Counted from the first letter of the stretch, positions 12,666-26,950 are shown. The stretch: 64,000 nt of DNA from Lama guanicoe (GCA_013239625.1 MU054212.1:7414270-7478269); one strand, 5' to 3'. The notes: generated by a model from the letters alone, not told the origin. Translations and numbers: made by a program.

Positions 12666-15600
12666 ACTACATGAAGAGAAATAATTTGCAAAAATTTTTG
12701 CAAAGATTGGCTTTCTCAAATTTTTTTTTTGGTAGTCTGTTCTCTTTCTCTCTTGCTCTCTCTTTTTTTTATGGCTATAGAAAAATTTATTGTGTGTTGA
12801 TTCCATAATAAGCCCATTACATGAATCACAACCACCTGATAAAGCCCTGAATAAACCCAAGCTTTTCAGCTTTTCTTAACTTGCACTAGTATCTGCAAAT
12901 GGTGCTCCCAAACCTCACCACGTCAAGTTGTGAAGTGACTGAAATCACAATAAATTGAATATCTGCTCATAGGAAAACAGACTGAATGAATTTCCCTTCA
13001 GCGGGGAGTTTATAAAATCCAAAATATATACAACATATATGACTTCACCTGCCTACTGCATTCTTCATTTGTTCTTCTCTTTTTTAATAAGAAGGAATTA
13101 GAAACATTTCCACTGAGTTCTTAGGAGTTTTTATTTTCATAATCAGAAGTATTTTACAGTGTGTAAATTTAGAGTACAGGTTTAGGGAAACAAAATTTGG
13201 AATGTATTTTTTGTGGCATCAAGTACTAGACAATGAGGAAGCATGGAATAAGTCTGCTCTATGGAACCAGCGGGATTGCTATGGTCATACGCTCCAGTCT
13301 TTCATGCAGAGAGCGCACTGCCATCACTATCAGAACCAGGCACTTATGATTTTGCTCTTGTTCTCTGGTCTTTTCATCTATAACTGATCTCTTTGACTCT
13401 GATTATTACACTCAGCTGGAGACCTTAGACACATGATCTATACGCTTTTCATTTTCAGGTTAATAAGATTATGAAATAAACAGCAAAATTCCTCAATGTA
13501 AATCAAACTGAAAATAAGAATTTTCCCAGCGTTGCCTTAAAAAAAAATGCACTGACCTAAATCTGTGTATCAATGTCCAATTGTAATTCCCTCTTGCCAT
13601 TTAAATCTTAGAAATCCCTGGTGGGGTGGGTAAATTACTTTAGAATAACACTTTTCTTGGGAGAAACTGCACTAAAGAAAAGACCTTGATAGAATCATAT
13701 TTTGTGGGTATCACTGGGTCTACTGTTTAGACTGGGAAGACAGCAAGTTTCAGATTTTTTTTTTTAATTCTGGAAGTTACTCTGCTAATAGAAAGTACCC
13801 AAAGATGGTGGTTTTAGACTGTGGTTCTCCACAAAAGGAGATGGGGAACTTCACCAAATTTACCACTGGTAATAGGGACTTTAACCTAAAGACCTAACAA
13901 TACATGTGCTGTTTGTTTGTTTTGGGGTACCAAGATGAAAATTTTATTATACATAGTAAAGGAGCTTAAATACTCTAAGATATTGAAGATGATATTTTCG
14001 GGAATCTTTTGTTGCTGGAATTTGTGTCGTAGGTAGTTTTGAGGTAAATGATCGTATGAATTCCAGTGCTGCTGTGAAAAAAGAACTTTCAGTAAAGCCA
14101 CGTTAGTGGTACAGAAACACAGCAACGACCAGAATTTTAGAATCTGTAACCACCTGTCATTTACATGGCTTGTTACAATGACAGGGTGAGTGGAAAATGG
14201 TGATGACACCTCATGCAGCAGTATCTGAAATTCTTCTGTAAAGGTGCAATGACATGGTCTCCCAGCTAGGAGTGCCAATCTCCTCCCTGCCTGGGGACAG
14301 AAATTATTGTATGCACTATAATATACATACATTCTTCTGTACTAGAATGCAGACATGTTTTAAATATTCATTCAGCTTAAGCTTATTAAACAAGTAAAGC
14401 TCATCGGAAGATGGATGGATGAATCTGCGATATTTACATGGGTTGGTTTTTTCAATACATATAACTTCTATTTCCTATAAAATAGTCCATTTACTCCATT
14501 GGACTATAAGGCTTCTAGCGGAAATGCCTCAGAGTCTTCCTAAGATTATGGGGCGAGGGCACAGAGATATGCATTCACATGATGTCCTTCCTCTGAAGCC
14601 ACACGAGCATCTCTGCTTTGCTCTATGCTACACTCATAAAATCACCTCATTTAAAGCATCATGAAAACCACTGGGCTGTGAAGGTTTGTAAAAACGTGTA
14701 GCCACTGCAGCTCGGAAAGAAGGCATACATACTGTTCTCTACTTCAACACAATTTTGAAGTCCTTGAGAAGGGACTAGCCTCAGACAATTCCCACCACTG
14801 GTGTAACTTCCCAGTTTCCTGATTGAAAGCAACTTAGACAACATGATAGATAAAATTTGAGTTTCTAGTTTCGGAAAATTGGTGGGTCTTGTCATACTCA
14901 CTCTACCAGTTTCTTTTTCTGTGTTTGGAAAATGACAATAAAATACACCCACAGAAAAAGTGTCTTAATGATGAGTGAAAAGGGAGAAGGGAGAAGACAT
15001 TGTTTCCATATTTTCTCTTTGATTCTTTGTATGATAGAATTAATTTGTATTATTAAACATGCTATTTTTTAAATGTACCTCAGTCTTTTCATTATTAACT
15101 GTAATTCCGAACCACAGTAACTGCACTGAGCAGGCAGATAATTAATTCCATTAATAATCAAAATGACTCGTGGGGAGTCATCTGTATTCGAACACTGACT
15201 TGCATTATTAATGTTTTGGCAGTCCACTATAGGTTGAGAAATACAACATGTGAAAAATCCCAATAAAATCTGTTCTGCAGCGTATTTGGGGCAAAGTTGA
15301 ATATAAAGTTAATTCATGTTTTTCTTGTGAGTGATGACTATTATTAGTTTCAAAGAAGCATAGATTTTAATAACATAAAAATAAACATCCCCCGGAGTCA
15401 CATTTTATCTCTGCAAGCAACTTTTAATCATCATTAGTTCCCAAAGTTCTCAAAGCTGACAGTCTGCCCCCTGGGTTGCTATGAAGATTATTTTCAAAAG
15501 AGGATAATATTTATATGCTACAAAAGGGCTGCATAGGCATGAAATAAATTTTATTCATCAAAAACTAGGAAAAATTATATCTAACCTTTTATAAGTGTAT

Positions 15601-18119
15601 TCCAAATTTTTTTTTAAAAGTCCGCAAAAAAGATTGCATGAGTAGGACGGAATGACCACCAGCATTGCAGTAAGTTATACAGACTCGTTTTGATCCAGGT
15701 TTCTTTGGTTAAAAATATACAACAGATTAAAGAAACAGTTATGGGGACTTCTATAATTAGCCTATGGCCTTATCAATAGATATCTCCTTTTTGTATATAA
15801 GTAAACATTTCATATTTACCAAAACATTGGGCTTAGAATAGGCGATCACTTATAGATAGAGGGCAAGACTGGGAGGGATTCAGAAGAGTAGATATTGTCT
15901 ACTCATGACCCTCCCATTGACACACTATTTCATATTGGTTTATACTCCTTTGTCCTCTGTCCATAAAGACTCGGCAGGGACAAACTTGACTTTGCTGAGC
16001 CTAATCTGATACTCGGACCATACAGACTGAGTTCCTAACTCATTTCATATGTCTAAGGAATTCTTTACTCAGGTACCTGGCATAGACATTTTTAAAATAT
16101 AAAATTTGATTAATTCCACTCAGCTGTTTGACAATAGGTTTCAAAAAAACATTGCCTTTACATCACCCAAGAAGTCCACTTTTTCTTGGACTTTATATTC
16201 TCCACCAGTTGTTAAATATGCTGTATTATTTTCATTAACTTTTCTCCATCTATAAAGATTATTAGAAAACTCCAGTAAAACTTTCTGCCAGATTCCACAA
16301 TCCAGGCATCTTTCTTCTATTTGCCTTACGTGGTTATAGCAATTGGCATTTTCAAGGCATTGCTGTGTCAATATGGAATTACATTTTTTGGTCATCATTG
16401 AGGTGGTCAGGGTACCAGCGATGCACCTTTTTAAGGTTAAAAAAATCTTACTTAGACCTCAAACAAGCTTATCACTGCAAAATATTAAACACGTGGATAA
16501 TTCAGGCATCAGTTCGCCTAAGCTTTCTGAAGACTGTTACTAAACTTCTATCTTTACATGTTCTTTGACGTCTGTATGATAGGAGCATTTTTACTTAAGT
16601 TACTGCTCTAAACTTCTCCTTTGCTCTCTAAGTATAGATGAAGTAAGGGAATATAATTTATTTCTCATATAAACTGCGGGAAAACATCTCTCCCTTCTAA
16701 AAGCTTCTCTTCTTCCATTTGATAGCAGTGTTCCAGAACTAAGTACATTGCTAAGAGTTTCCAGGGAAATTCATAAAAGATCGGAGAGAACCCAGAGCTC
16801 CAATTTAAACTGCTTTCCTGCTAAGAGGAAAAAGTCTGTACTTAAATTAAATGCATTTACTACTTGGAATGATGAGAAGGGATTTACTATGCTATCAAAG
16901 CATGCGCGCATGCATACACACACACACACGCACTCACATATACGGTAACACTCAGGGAGAAACTTCTTTCACATAGTTAGGAGCATCCATACAGTGTCCA
17001 CTTGTTGGCCATGCCAGTGATTAAGATGCCAAGACAGAAGATTGCTCTTTGCAAAGATGCTCCCAAAGCCACAAGAAAGATAATCAGAAAAGACATGTTT
17101 TGACTAAATCCAAATAGCCCAATGGTAAGATCCGAAATAACAGAGAAGCTAGATTTGGTTTCTGACTCCAGAAACCCAAATCACAGTAGGATAGCTTTTC
17201 CCTAGAGCTTTATCAAACTCTTCGCAGAACAGGTTATTATGGTAACAAACTCTCTTTGTAGCAATATTTACACAAACGCACATACTGACATGATTTTATA
17301 AACAATAAAAGTTTGAGAACTATTGGCTTAAAGAAAAATACAAAATAAATATGGTCCTCGATTTGATAGGTTTGGATACATGGCTGGCAAGAAGAACCCA
17401 GTACCCAGTCATCTGGTCTAAAATTCTTCCTCATGGTCATAACTTTCATGATATCATTATATTATTTTTTTTATTTTATACTTTTTGTTATAAATTTGTT
17501 ATTTCATTGTTTTTATTATTAAAAATAAAACTAGAGACTTACCACTTTTAAATTGCAGTCTTAAATGTAGCACTATGCTATTGAGTAACTGTTCAAAAAA
17601 TATATATTTAAAAAATGAATGTCTTTTTTTTCTATAGGTTTCTAACACTCAATGTTGAATTTCTTTGTTAACATGACCAAAATGAGTATTTAGAAGTAAT
17701 GTTCCTTTGAGGTTCTGAAATCTGATCACAGATACAAATTTTTTGGTCGTTGATTTTATATATATGTATCATAGTTTTTTTATCTCAGAAAAATGTTTCA
17801 ATTTTAAAGTACCAAATTGGTATCTTTCACATTAAATTTTAATATATTTAAGAGTAAGAAAGATTTTCTTCTAATCATAATATTTTTTGTTTCTCCTGAG
17901 TTTTTATTTTTAAAAGTCTCCATTTGGAACAACTCAAAGTATCTTTGACACAACCCCTTTATTTGTGGTTGGGCTCTACTGATTTAAAAAAGCTTTCCTT
18001 AAATCATTTTTTTCTTAATCCCTTTTAACACAATGTTCTCTTTTGGTAAGACAGTTGCAATACTCTGGTGAGACTATGGCAGGCATTTCTGATATTATCT
18101 ATGTAACCATCACTCTCAA

Positions 18120-18790
18120 ATTCACACTTCCAGTTTTTGCCTTTCCTCTGAGGTTCAGGCCTGAATTTCCAATTATTCAGTTATATCAACTTAACGCTTT
18201 GAAATTTATTTTCTCTTTCCTCCAGACACTCCTTACAAAACTTTTTGATTAAAAATCAAAACAACACCCACTCTATCGCCAGTGTTTCTTGTTCTAATTA
18301 CTGCATCCTGCCAAGATTTCTTTCTTCTCTTACACAGGCTTCCCTCAGTCAGACGAGACCCAAGCCTTCTCACCTCCATCTTGGAACAACCCCTCTTGGC
18401 ATCTGAGAAACGCTCACTGCTGGTACATTATTCAGAGCCCCACAATCTCTCCTCCGAGCTATTGTGATAACCTCCTGACCAGTGCTTCCCCCTTCACATC
18501 TTGTCCACATCTTCTTGAATGTATCACTCATCATGCTGACTTCTCTTTAAAAGCTTCTGAGTTCCTTGTTTCCTGGAGAACAAAACTCAAAGTTCCTGGC
18601 ATCCAAAGCTCTTCAGAGTTTGAGAACAATCTTGCCTGTCACATCCCCTGTCACTCCCTCTCATACACGCTCTATTCTGGTCATCGCTTAAACTGAACAA
18701 AATAAATCTTACAAGGGTTATACACTGATATTCACCTAAATCGCCCCATAGATGCACCAAAATATAGAACATTTCTCACCTACAACTATT
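18120..18790 (+). mobile_element. Degenerate L2 LINE fragment
   Basis: Pyrimidine-rich L2-like body, e.g. atcatgctgacttctctttaaaagcttctgagttccttg...aaaactcaaagttcctggc. Confidence 0.45.
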
Positions 18791-20762
18791 GTATGTGTTA
18801 TGTTCTCTGATGATGGTTTGTCGTTCAATTTTTATTTCCAAAATTTTCACAGATGTATCTAATGTTGAATAAGAAATTAAATTTTTATTTAAAGTTTTTT
18901 AGTACTTTTTTTTAACTTTTTGTGTGAAATCAAAGTGTTATGAAGATTAAGAAGGCTTATTTATAGCTTTCATCAAAAATAAGGAGGAAAAATGATGGTG
19001 TTTTCATTTAACACAGTCTTATTAACCTAAATTTCAGACTAACAAACTATTTTTCTCCCTAAATCTCTAATCTATCCCCCAGACACCCTCAAACAGAAGA
19101 AGTAGGGCCTATTTATTTGAAATTCTTGTATCTCTTCTACTGTATACAATTATCTTTGTGGAAAAAAATGCAAGAAAAGCAAATAGTAAAAGACATCCTA
19201 GAAGAGAAAATGCTTCAATTCTGTGTGTGTGTATGTGTGAGTGTGTATATGTATATATATATCTTTACTGCTCAGATTGCTATAGATCAGAAGACTTTGA
19301 ACCAATATCCTACTGAAGATGGTAAGTCTAAGAATGACAAAACAATTATTCTAACAATTAGAAATTTCCCCAAAGCAAGAATCTAAACACAATAGCTATG
19401 TTAGAATTTTTAGCTAAAAAACTATTACCACTGAAATAAAAATTGAGAACAAATAATTATTACAGTTGTAATACAACTTCAGAACAAATATTTTTAGCAT
19501 TAAACTTTGAGAAGTACAATAGATGGAGACGAATTTTTTTTTAATAGCTTTTAACCATTAGCTACAACATCAGAATGTTATGAACCTGGTGATGTCAGAA
19601 GATTAAGGCCAATGATGGCTATCTAAAGGGTGACGCTGGGCAGCTTGGAAAGGTGCATTATTTTATCCATAATCTGATCAAATCTGATAAATAAAGGGGA
19701 TTTATAAATGGAGTTAATTAGTTTCTGGTAGATTAATTCTAGTCTGATAATAAATCTACATTTTTAATTTTATTTTATCCATGTAAAATAATATGTACAT
19801 GCTATTGTTTAATGCTAACATAAACTCAAGTTTCAATGCTGTTTCTGACTCTTAACATTTTAGTTCGAATTAAATAAAAATAATTCATGCCACTTTAAAA
19901 GAGAAACTGAGACATGAACTGACTTTCTTTTCATTTCTGCAGGTATCAGTTTTCCCAAAGTACAAGATTAGGCTACAATTTATGTCAAAACTGTGGTTGA
20001 ATACATTGTCCCAAATGGCTACATAAACATACATGGACAAAACTCAGGGCAAGTACTTTAAAAGTGACCTCTCAGATACTCTTTATATATTCCGGCTGTC
20101 AGTTACCCCAGATCTTCTAAGGTTCTGGGAGTTTTTACAAAAATTAGGTTAGGCTCACTGCGAAACAGATTTGAAAAATACAGTGAAAGTTAAAAAAAAT
20201 GTGGCCATGGCGATTTTCATCTTTTCATATTTCTTTTTGAGCAAGTAGAAAAAGTTGACTAATGATGCTATTTCAACACTGATGCTGGGAGGTAATCATA
20301 GATGGTTGCAAAATTAGAAGCAGGTGCACCAGCATGGCTGAGTGAGCAGAACAAAGAACAGTCCCTTCCGAATGTCACTCTACATAATGGATTCCTTCAC
20401 AGCTACTTTTGATGAACATTATGTTCACTCAGATAGTAAACATAATTCCATCTGAATTGTGTATCTTGAAGGAGCCATATAATTGAGATCTGAATTCCTA
20501 CACGTTGGAATAAAAGCTTACAGGTTATTATAATTTAATTTAAACTGGGTGTAAAAATTACCCATCCATTTTGATATTTCAAGTATATTAATTATGAAAT
20601 AGTCAAACTAAACAATTAGAAAAGCCATCAAAATGGTGATGCCTGAATCACTGAGTGATAATGCTTTTATATGAAAGCAAAATTAAATTTTAAAGGGAAC
20701 ATGCATGAGACAACATGAAATGATCTAAAAATAAATAATCTAGCCATGAATTGAAAACACAG

Positions 20763-20945
20763 ATAAACAAGATTATACTGTATAGCACAGGGAAATATAC
20801 ACAAAATGTTATGATAACTCACAGAGAAAAAAATGTGACAATGAGTGTGTATATGTCCGTGAATGACTGAAAAATTGTGCTGAACACTGGAATTTGACAC
20901 AACATTGTAAAATGATTATAAATCAATAAAAAATGTTAAAAAAAA
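20763..20945 (+). mobile_element. Young, heavily 5'-truncated L1 3'UTR with poly(A) and TSD
   Basis: aacaagattatactgtatagcacagggaaatata...acattgtaaaatgattataaatcaataaaaaatgttaaaaaaaa; perfect 10-bp TSD gaaaacacag at 20753-20762 and 20946-20955. Confidence 0.9.
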
Positions 20946-21479
20946 GAAAACACAGCACTTAAATCTAGCTACATGCTGGTATTATATATATACATAAGTG
21001 AAATAGGTTTTTTTGTTAACTTTCTTCTCCTTAATAAGACTACTTCTGTTTGTAACTTAGTTATGTATAATGTTCTGATTCACCATGTTGACTGTGGGTA
21101 TAGGGTTTACAGCAAAAAGAGAAATACCATTGTTGACATATTTCTTCTAATATCAGATATAAAGCTTTATACTTTTATTTCCACTATGATGAAAAACTAA
21201 CTGGTTACTTAAGAAATAAAATTTTTTAGAGATTAATTTTTCGCAGTTCTCTAAGTTCTCAAAACTAATACACAAGTAAAGCCATTAAGGCTCTTGCACA
21301 TACTTGTATTAGAAGAGTAGAGAGAGTATCTTAATATGCTAGAGTATTTTACCTTCCTCCATCATACGTGTTGGTAGGAACAGTATAACTAAGCTTTTTT
21401 TTTTCTTCCATTTTTATTCTCCTGGAGCCTGCTAATTTCTCTGCCCAATTTCCCTGCAAGATTTCGTCTTGTTTATGAC

Positions 21480-22150
21480 TTCCTCTACCCCATTACACCA
21501 AAGACCTCTAAATCTAAATCTGTAATTAAGACCTTTTCCCAGGTCCACATTGTCAACTATCTACTGGACATGAATTTCTGCCCACGCCACAGGTGCATCC
21601 CACTCCGTATGTACTTCAAAATTGTATGCTTTATCTTCTCCCACTCTTACTTCTCCAGCTGTAATTTGCTCTGCCTCCTGAATTCTTGATTTCGATGAAT
21701 GACACCTTCAACTATCTACCCAGGCTCCTGAGTTAGAGACTTGTGCTGTATTCAACAGGTTCCTTTATTATCTCATCTGTACAATCCAAGACAAAGTCTT
21801 ATACAGCCGATTTTATTTATTAGTGAATTATTTAAACGATGTTCTATTGAATCCTTCCTATTTGCTAGGCTACACATTCAGCGAGGTACTGGAGATAGAT
21901 CACCACATTCCTGCCCTCAAGGGACCTACAGAGGTATGAGATGAGCCAGGGGAGAGACTAGACAAGAGGAAGAAATAAAAAATGTAAGTTATAATAATAA
22001 GTTCAGACAGTGATAACCACTAAAAGTGAAATAAAATAGTGATATGAAAGAATGCTTGGGTGTTCAAGAGGGAAAGTCTTTCTGAGAAAAATGCATAAGC
22101 CAATTAGCCAAAAAACCCAGAATGATAAAGAAGAGGCAGTCATGTAAAGA
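21480..22150. mobile_element. L2 LINE fragments (plus-strand piece followed by minus-strand piece)
   Basis: L2-like motifs tcaactatctactggacat and ctatctacccaggctc, then tttattagtgaattatttaaacgatgttctattgaatcc...cctgccctcaaggg. Confidence 0.45.
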
Positions 22151-22160
22151 TACAGGGGAA

Positions 22161-22213
22161 GTGTGTGTGTGTGCGCGCGCGTGTGTGCGCGCGCATGTGC
22201 ATGCATGCGTGTG
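22161..22213. repeat. Mixed (TG)n/(CG)n/(CATG) alternating purine-pyrimidine tract
   Basis: gtgtgtgtgtgtgcgcgcgcgtgtgtgcgcgcgcatgtgcatgcatgcgtgtg. Confidence 0.95.
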
Positions 22214-22394
22214 AACACTGCACTGAATTCCATTCTACGCTTGATATGAAATGTTTTCATATCCAAAGGTCTCTGCCTATGATCCCCCGGGTTTGGTTAA
22301 ATTAGGTCATGTAAGCATTCACATAGCTTAGACTAGAACTTGCCCTACAACAAGAAGTCGTAACAACTCAGTTTTTGCTGCTACGCTGAACAGT

Positions 22395-22857
22395 CTCAAT
22401 TTCTTCCTCTAGATGCACTGTCTACCATTGCTTCCTGGGTGTAAAACCACCATGAACTTAATCAGCTGGGCTCACCTGCTCTCTGGCTGCTAGGGTTTCA
22501 TCAACAGGAAGACCTGACTGGAATTTAGAGAGGAAAGTGTCAGGGTATTTATCCCCCAGTGAAAAGGGTTAAAAGGTATTTAACCCTTTCCTGCCGCGTC
22601 ATGGTCTGATAGCAGCTGTGCTCCCGGGTCCCATCAGACAGCCCCTCGTCCAGGGCTCCAGTTCCTATCTGGCTGCGCTAACAGCTGCCTTCCATCGCTC
22701 CCCTAGGCTTTTCTCACTTGCTAGCCCTAGGGTGCTTCACCGTCTCTTCCTGATGTCCTTAGTCCATCTCACACCTATGTAAACAGTCCCTTTATTAAAC
22801 CGTCTTCAATTACTCATCTTCTGTTACCTCTTACCCGCTGAGACCCAGAATCACACA
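22395..22857 (+). mobile_element. LTR33-like ERVL solo LTR
   Basis: gtcagggtatttatcccc, cttgctagccctagggtgcttcacc and the 3' end cacacctatgtaaacagtccctttattaaac...tcttcaattac resemble LTR33. Confidence 0.7.
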
Positions 22858-23099
22858 GCGCTGTTCACTCTTGAGCCAACCAGTGAACCATGAGTACACT
22901 TTCTTATCTAAAATTGTATTGCCTCAATATTAAAACTCTTTTTCTGTGTGTGATGTTTGTATTCCAGGACACTATTTCAGATTGGCTAGGATTCCCAGCC
23001 ACTATCACTAATTTTCTCCAAATTCTCTAAGACATACGAAACCCCTTGGAATGGTTTCCATTATCATCAGATCCAACAGGGGACCTGCTCTCCTGGAAC

Positions 23100-24400
23100 T
23101 CTATCCTTTTATTCCAACCTGGAAAGAGCATTCTCTAGGCTTGGTACCCAGCGTCGCTCTCTCTTTCCATCTACCTCTCTTCCTTTGACCTTCTCTTATT
23201 GGAGTCAGTAACTTCTTCCCTGGCTTATGTTCTTGTTTCGGAGGAGAATATTCTCCAATAACCTTCTGAGAAAGGCTATGAGGAAGACATATTCCAGAAA
23301 ATTATTTTAAATTCTCTTTACCCTCATGCTAGAGTGATCGTCTGGCTGGATACAGAATTTTCCTTAGAATTTTGCAGGTTTTGCTCTCAAATTTTTTTGG
23401 TGTTGAGGATGGTTTTTGCTGGTTCATGTCCTTTGGCTCTTTGATTCTTTATATGTGACTTTTTTTTTTCCCCTCCCTGGAGTGTTTAAAATCTTTTCTT
23501 TATCTCATGTGTTCTGGAACTTTCATGATAATGTGATTGACATAGGTCTTTCTTTGCATTTGCTGTTCCTGATAACTTTATGGGTTCCTTCACCCTATAT
23601 TTCACCAAAAATATATCAATATTTTTGATCATGTCTTCCTATTTTCTCTTCCTATAACTCTCATTAGTCTGATGTTCTTTCTCCTAAATTGATCCTTTAA
23701 AAAAATCTTTGTTTCATTTTCATTTTCCTTTCTTTTTTTTTTTTTAAGTTTCTGGGTAATTTCCCAAATGGCCCTCCAATTCTAAAACGTTTTTGACACT
23801 CTTGTACATTATTTATATTCCAGGAGTTTGATTTTGCTTACTCTTTTTCATGCATTCATTTCTCATTTTAAGGAAATAACTTTTATTTTTAAAATCTCTC
23901 TGAGGTTATGCACTATCCTTTATTTCAAAATGTTCTGGTTTTTGTTTTGCTTCTGATATTTCAGTGCCAGGATCTATAGTTCTTCTCTTCTCTGGTTCCT
24001 CAATTTTTGAGAGGATTCTAGTCTCCTTAGTAGAGACAAGAACTGGGCTGTCTCAGTTTTTGGAGCCAAAACGTGAAAAGGGCCTGCAGCGGAGATATGT
24101 AACCTTTGGGTTGAAGAATTTATTTTGCCCATTTTCAGTATATTTTTCTTGCTGCTATACCTGATATCCCTGGGTTTAGAGCCTTTGCCTCTAAATCTCT
24201 CATTTCCTACTTGTGGGGAGAGAAAGAGGTTCCCTGGGAAAACACAATGGGGAGGAGACCTGGCGGGTCTAATAACTTCTCAGGTACACTGAACCAGCTC
24301 TCTTATTTTCATATTCATGCAATTCCACTTTCTGTAACACCCGGTGCCCTCACTTCTCAGACTTTCCAGGATCTACAGGGATTTCCTACACACAGAACAA
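23100..24400 (-). mobile_element. Ancient L1/HAL1-like fragment
   Basis: T-rich antisense L1-like sequence: ggctggatacagaatttt and tcttttctttatctcatgtgttctggaactttcatgataatgtg. Confidence 0.5.
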
Positions 24401-24439
24401 GGTACGTGATAAGATAAAGCAGAGTTGCTGAAAGACAGC

Positions 24440-25130
24440 ACCGCAAGGATGGTTCACGTCTAACAGAAGGACCACATGCACAGACTGATGAATACAGCTG
24501 TGACTAGAAGAAAGGTCTTTAGAAGGCATGCCTCAGGGTTTTGCCCTAAGCCCGATGTTGTTCAATATTTAAATTGAGACAAGTAAGTACACTGATAAAA
24601 TACTGAACAATCTGGGTAATAACAAGAAACAGGATGTAAAGAAGGAAGGGGAATGCTTAACAGTGCGCAAAGTCAACAGCAACAGGATTTGAACAACTTC
24701 ATTCCAGGCTAATACTTTATAAGATGAATTTAACAGGCTTATAAGTGTAGCCTTACACTTAAATCTAAAGCATTACCTATACACACAATGTGAGGAAGAA
24801 ATGTCAGAACATGAGCACCTCTGCAAAAGTGGACAGTTTTAATTAAGTAAAACATTGATTAAAATATTTACTGAGCACATACAGTGTGCAAGACACTGAC
24901 GTTACAGTGGACGATACAGACAGGATGTCTGCTTCTAGTGAACTTAAGTTTTGTTAGCATGGGAAACAGGTAACGCTTCAGAATTAATTATGATGGATTT
25001 AAGTCTAACAATAGAGAACAATTAATATTAGGAATGCGTAATAGGAGACCTAATGTACTGATGAATTAGACAAAAATACCTAATGCCATTGTAGGCTGCG
25101 TTAAGAAAAGTATATAATGCTTAGAATGCT
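24440..25130 (+). mobile_element. CR1/L3 LINE reverse-transcriptase remnant, interrupted by an L2-like piece near 24850-25020
   Basis: ggcatgcctcagggttttgccctaagcccgatgttgttcaatattt resembles the RT motif GVPQGSVLGPVLFNIF; later aagatgaatttaacagg and taatgccattgtaggctgcgttaagaaaagtata are L3-like. Confidence 0.55.
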
Positions 25131-25199
25131 GAGCTTCTGGCATTCAATAATTCCTTGAATAAGGAATGATGCTAACACAGAAAAGAGAAATATTATACT

Positions 25200-25400
25200 A
25201 TCATGTAATATTTATTAGGCATTTATTATATTGCAGGCACTGTCCTAGTTGACCATCATATTATCTTGACCCATGCATCTTAATGAATAAGATATTATTA
25301 AACTCTCATTTTATAGATTGAAAAGACAGAGGCACACAGGTTGCTAAGGGGCTTATCCAAGCTCACACAGCGGTCAGTCTAGGAACTGAGATCTAAGTGT
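25200..25400 (-). mobile_element. MIR SINE
   Basis: ctcattttatagattgaaaagacagaggcacacaggttg...cttatccaagctcacacagc is the antisense MIR core. Confidence 0.7.
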
Positions 25401-26715
25401 GGGATCTCTGCATAGTTTGCAGACTTCACTGACTTGCTGGGCTGAGCAAGTCAAGGCTTCCTGGGAGCCCCACTATAAGCCAAGAAGCTGAACACTGTCC
25501 AGGTAGGAAAAGCAGGGTGCTAGAAAATATCAATGCTTTGTAATGAAATCAAAGGGACTGGAGGTGTTTAACTGGGGAAGACAAAGAGTGATGATCATCT
25601 GTTTGTGCAGGAAATTATCGTTATCAGCTTACCCTAGCAAACACTGCTGGGAACTCGTTTATAGGTGGCTGGATGGGTAGAGGGAAACTGGTCTCCAAAG
25701 CAGCTCTTACCTACCCCGTGTTCCACAGGATAAGTTAATTTTGTTAGGCAATTAAGACACAGAAGGCAGGAAAGAAAGATGGCTAGCTATATCATTTTAA
25801 TATCCGAAGCTTATTTTAATGGCAATTAAGGTGATGATAGAATTGAGAAAATTTTCAAATAAGAAATATTCTGTTTTCACATCTGTTTACCTAATAAAAA
25901 ATACTATAATGGATGTTAAAGATTTTTTTTTGCACGCCTATTGCTAAATGTATCTGTTTTTAGGTATGTCTTCAGATGTTTATAGGCAAAAATTCAAACT
26001 TGTTTTTTAATCTTTGAAAATTTGCCAACTGCCTTAAACATCAACTTTAAGTATAAACAGCATTCAATTTTTAAAGGAAGGGGTGTTTTTACCCTAAATA
26101 TAAAATAGATAATTATGCAAAGTGAAAAATAATGGAACCTCACAGGGGTATTTCTCCAGGAATTCAGCCTTATCTTCACTTCAAAACATCTCTTTGATGG
26201 GATTTGCTCTATTTGTTTTAACCCAGGCACTGTGCAGGAGGCTGGATTTACTGATAAGCAGCTTTTTTTTTCATTTCAGTACAAAATCACCAAGGTGACG
26301 AAGAGTTTTTAATTTCCAGGAACCCAAATTAGGCCAGTGAACTACAACTTTCTTTCCTCCTTCTGTGCCTTTTGAGAGCCCTTGCAAAGGAATGAGGGGA
26401 TACAGTCCTGTGTGTGAACTGGTGAACAGCAGGTATGAACAATCCAGCACCCACCGGTGGCTCACCCAGAGCTAAAGTCAGACGCTGGGCTCTGCCCTCC
26501 AGCCTTTTCATCCTGGTGTGCTTAGGTGGACAAACGGGCACAGTTCTATGTGCCCTACAGAATCCATCTAAGTAGGGTTATATTCATCTTTGTAAAGCTC
26601 TTTGACTACTGTCAAGTGCTGTTTAGGTAGAATATTTAACACCACCACCACCGCGAAAAAACCCAATACGATCGTCTTCAGTTCTACAGAAGGCTAATTT
26701 AAAAATGAGGACTTC

Positions 26716-26915
26716 AAAAAACTAGAGTTACCATATGACCAAGCAGTCCCACTCCTGGGCATGTATCAAGACGGAACTCTAATTAAAAACCATACATGCA
26801 CCCCAATGTTCACAGTAGCACTATTTACAATAGCCAAGACATGGAAGCAACCTAAATGTCCATCAACAGATGACTGGATAAAGAAGTGTGTATGTGTGTA
26901 TGTGTGTGTGTGTGT

Positions 26916-26950
<35 letters not shown>

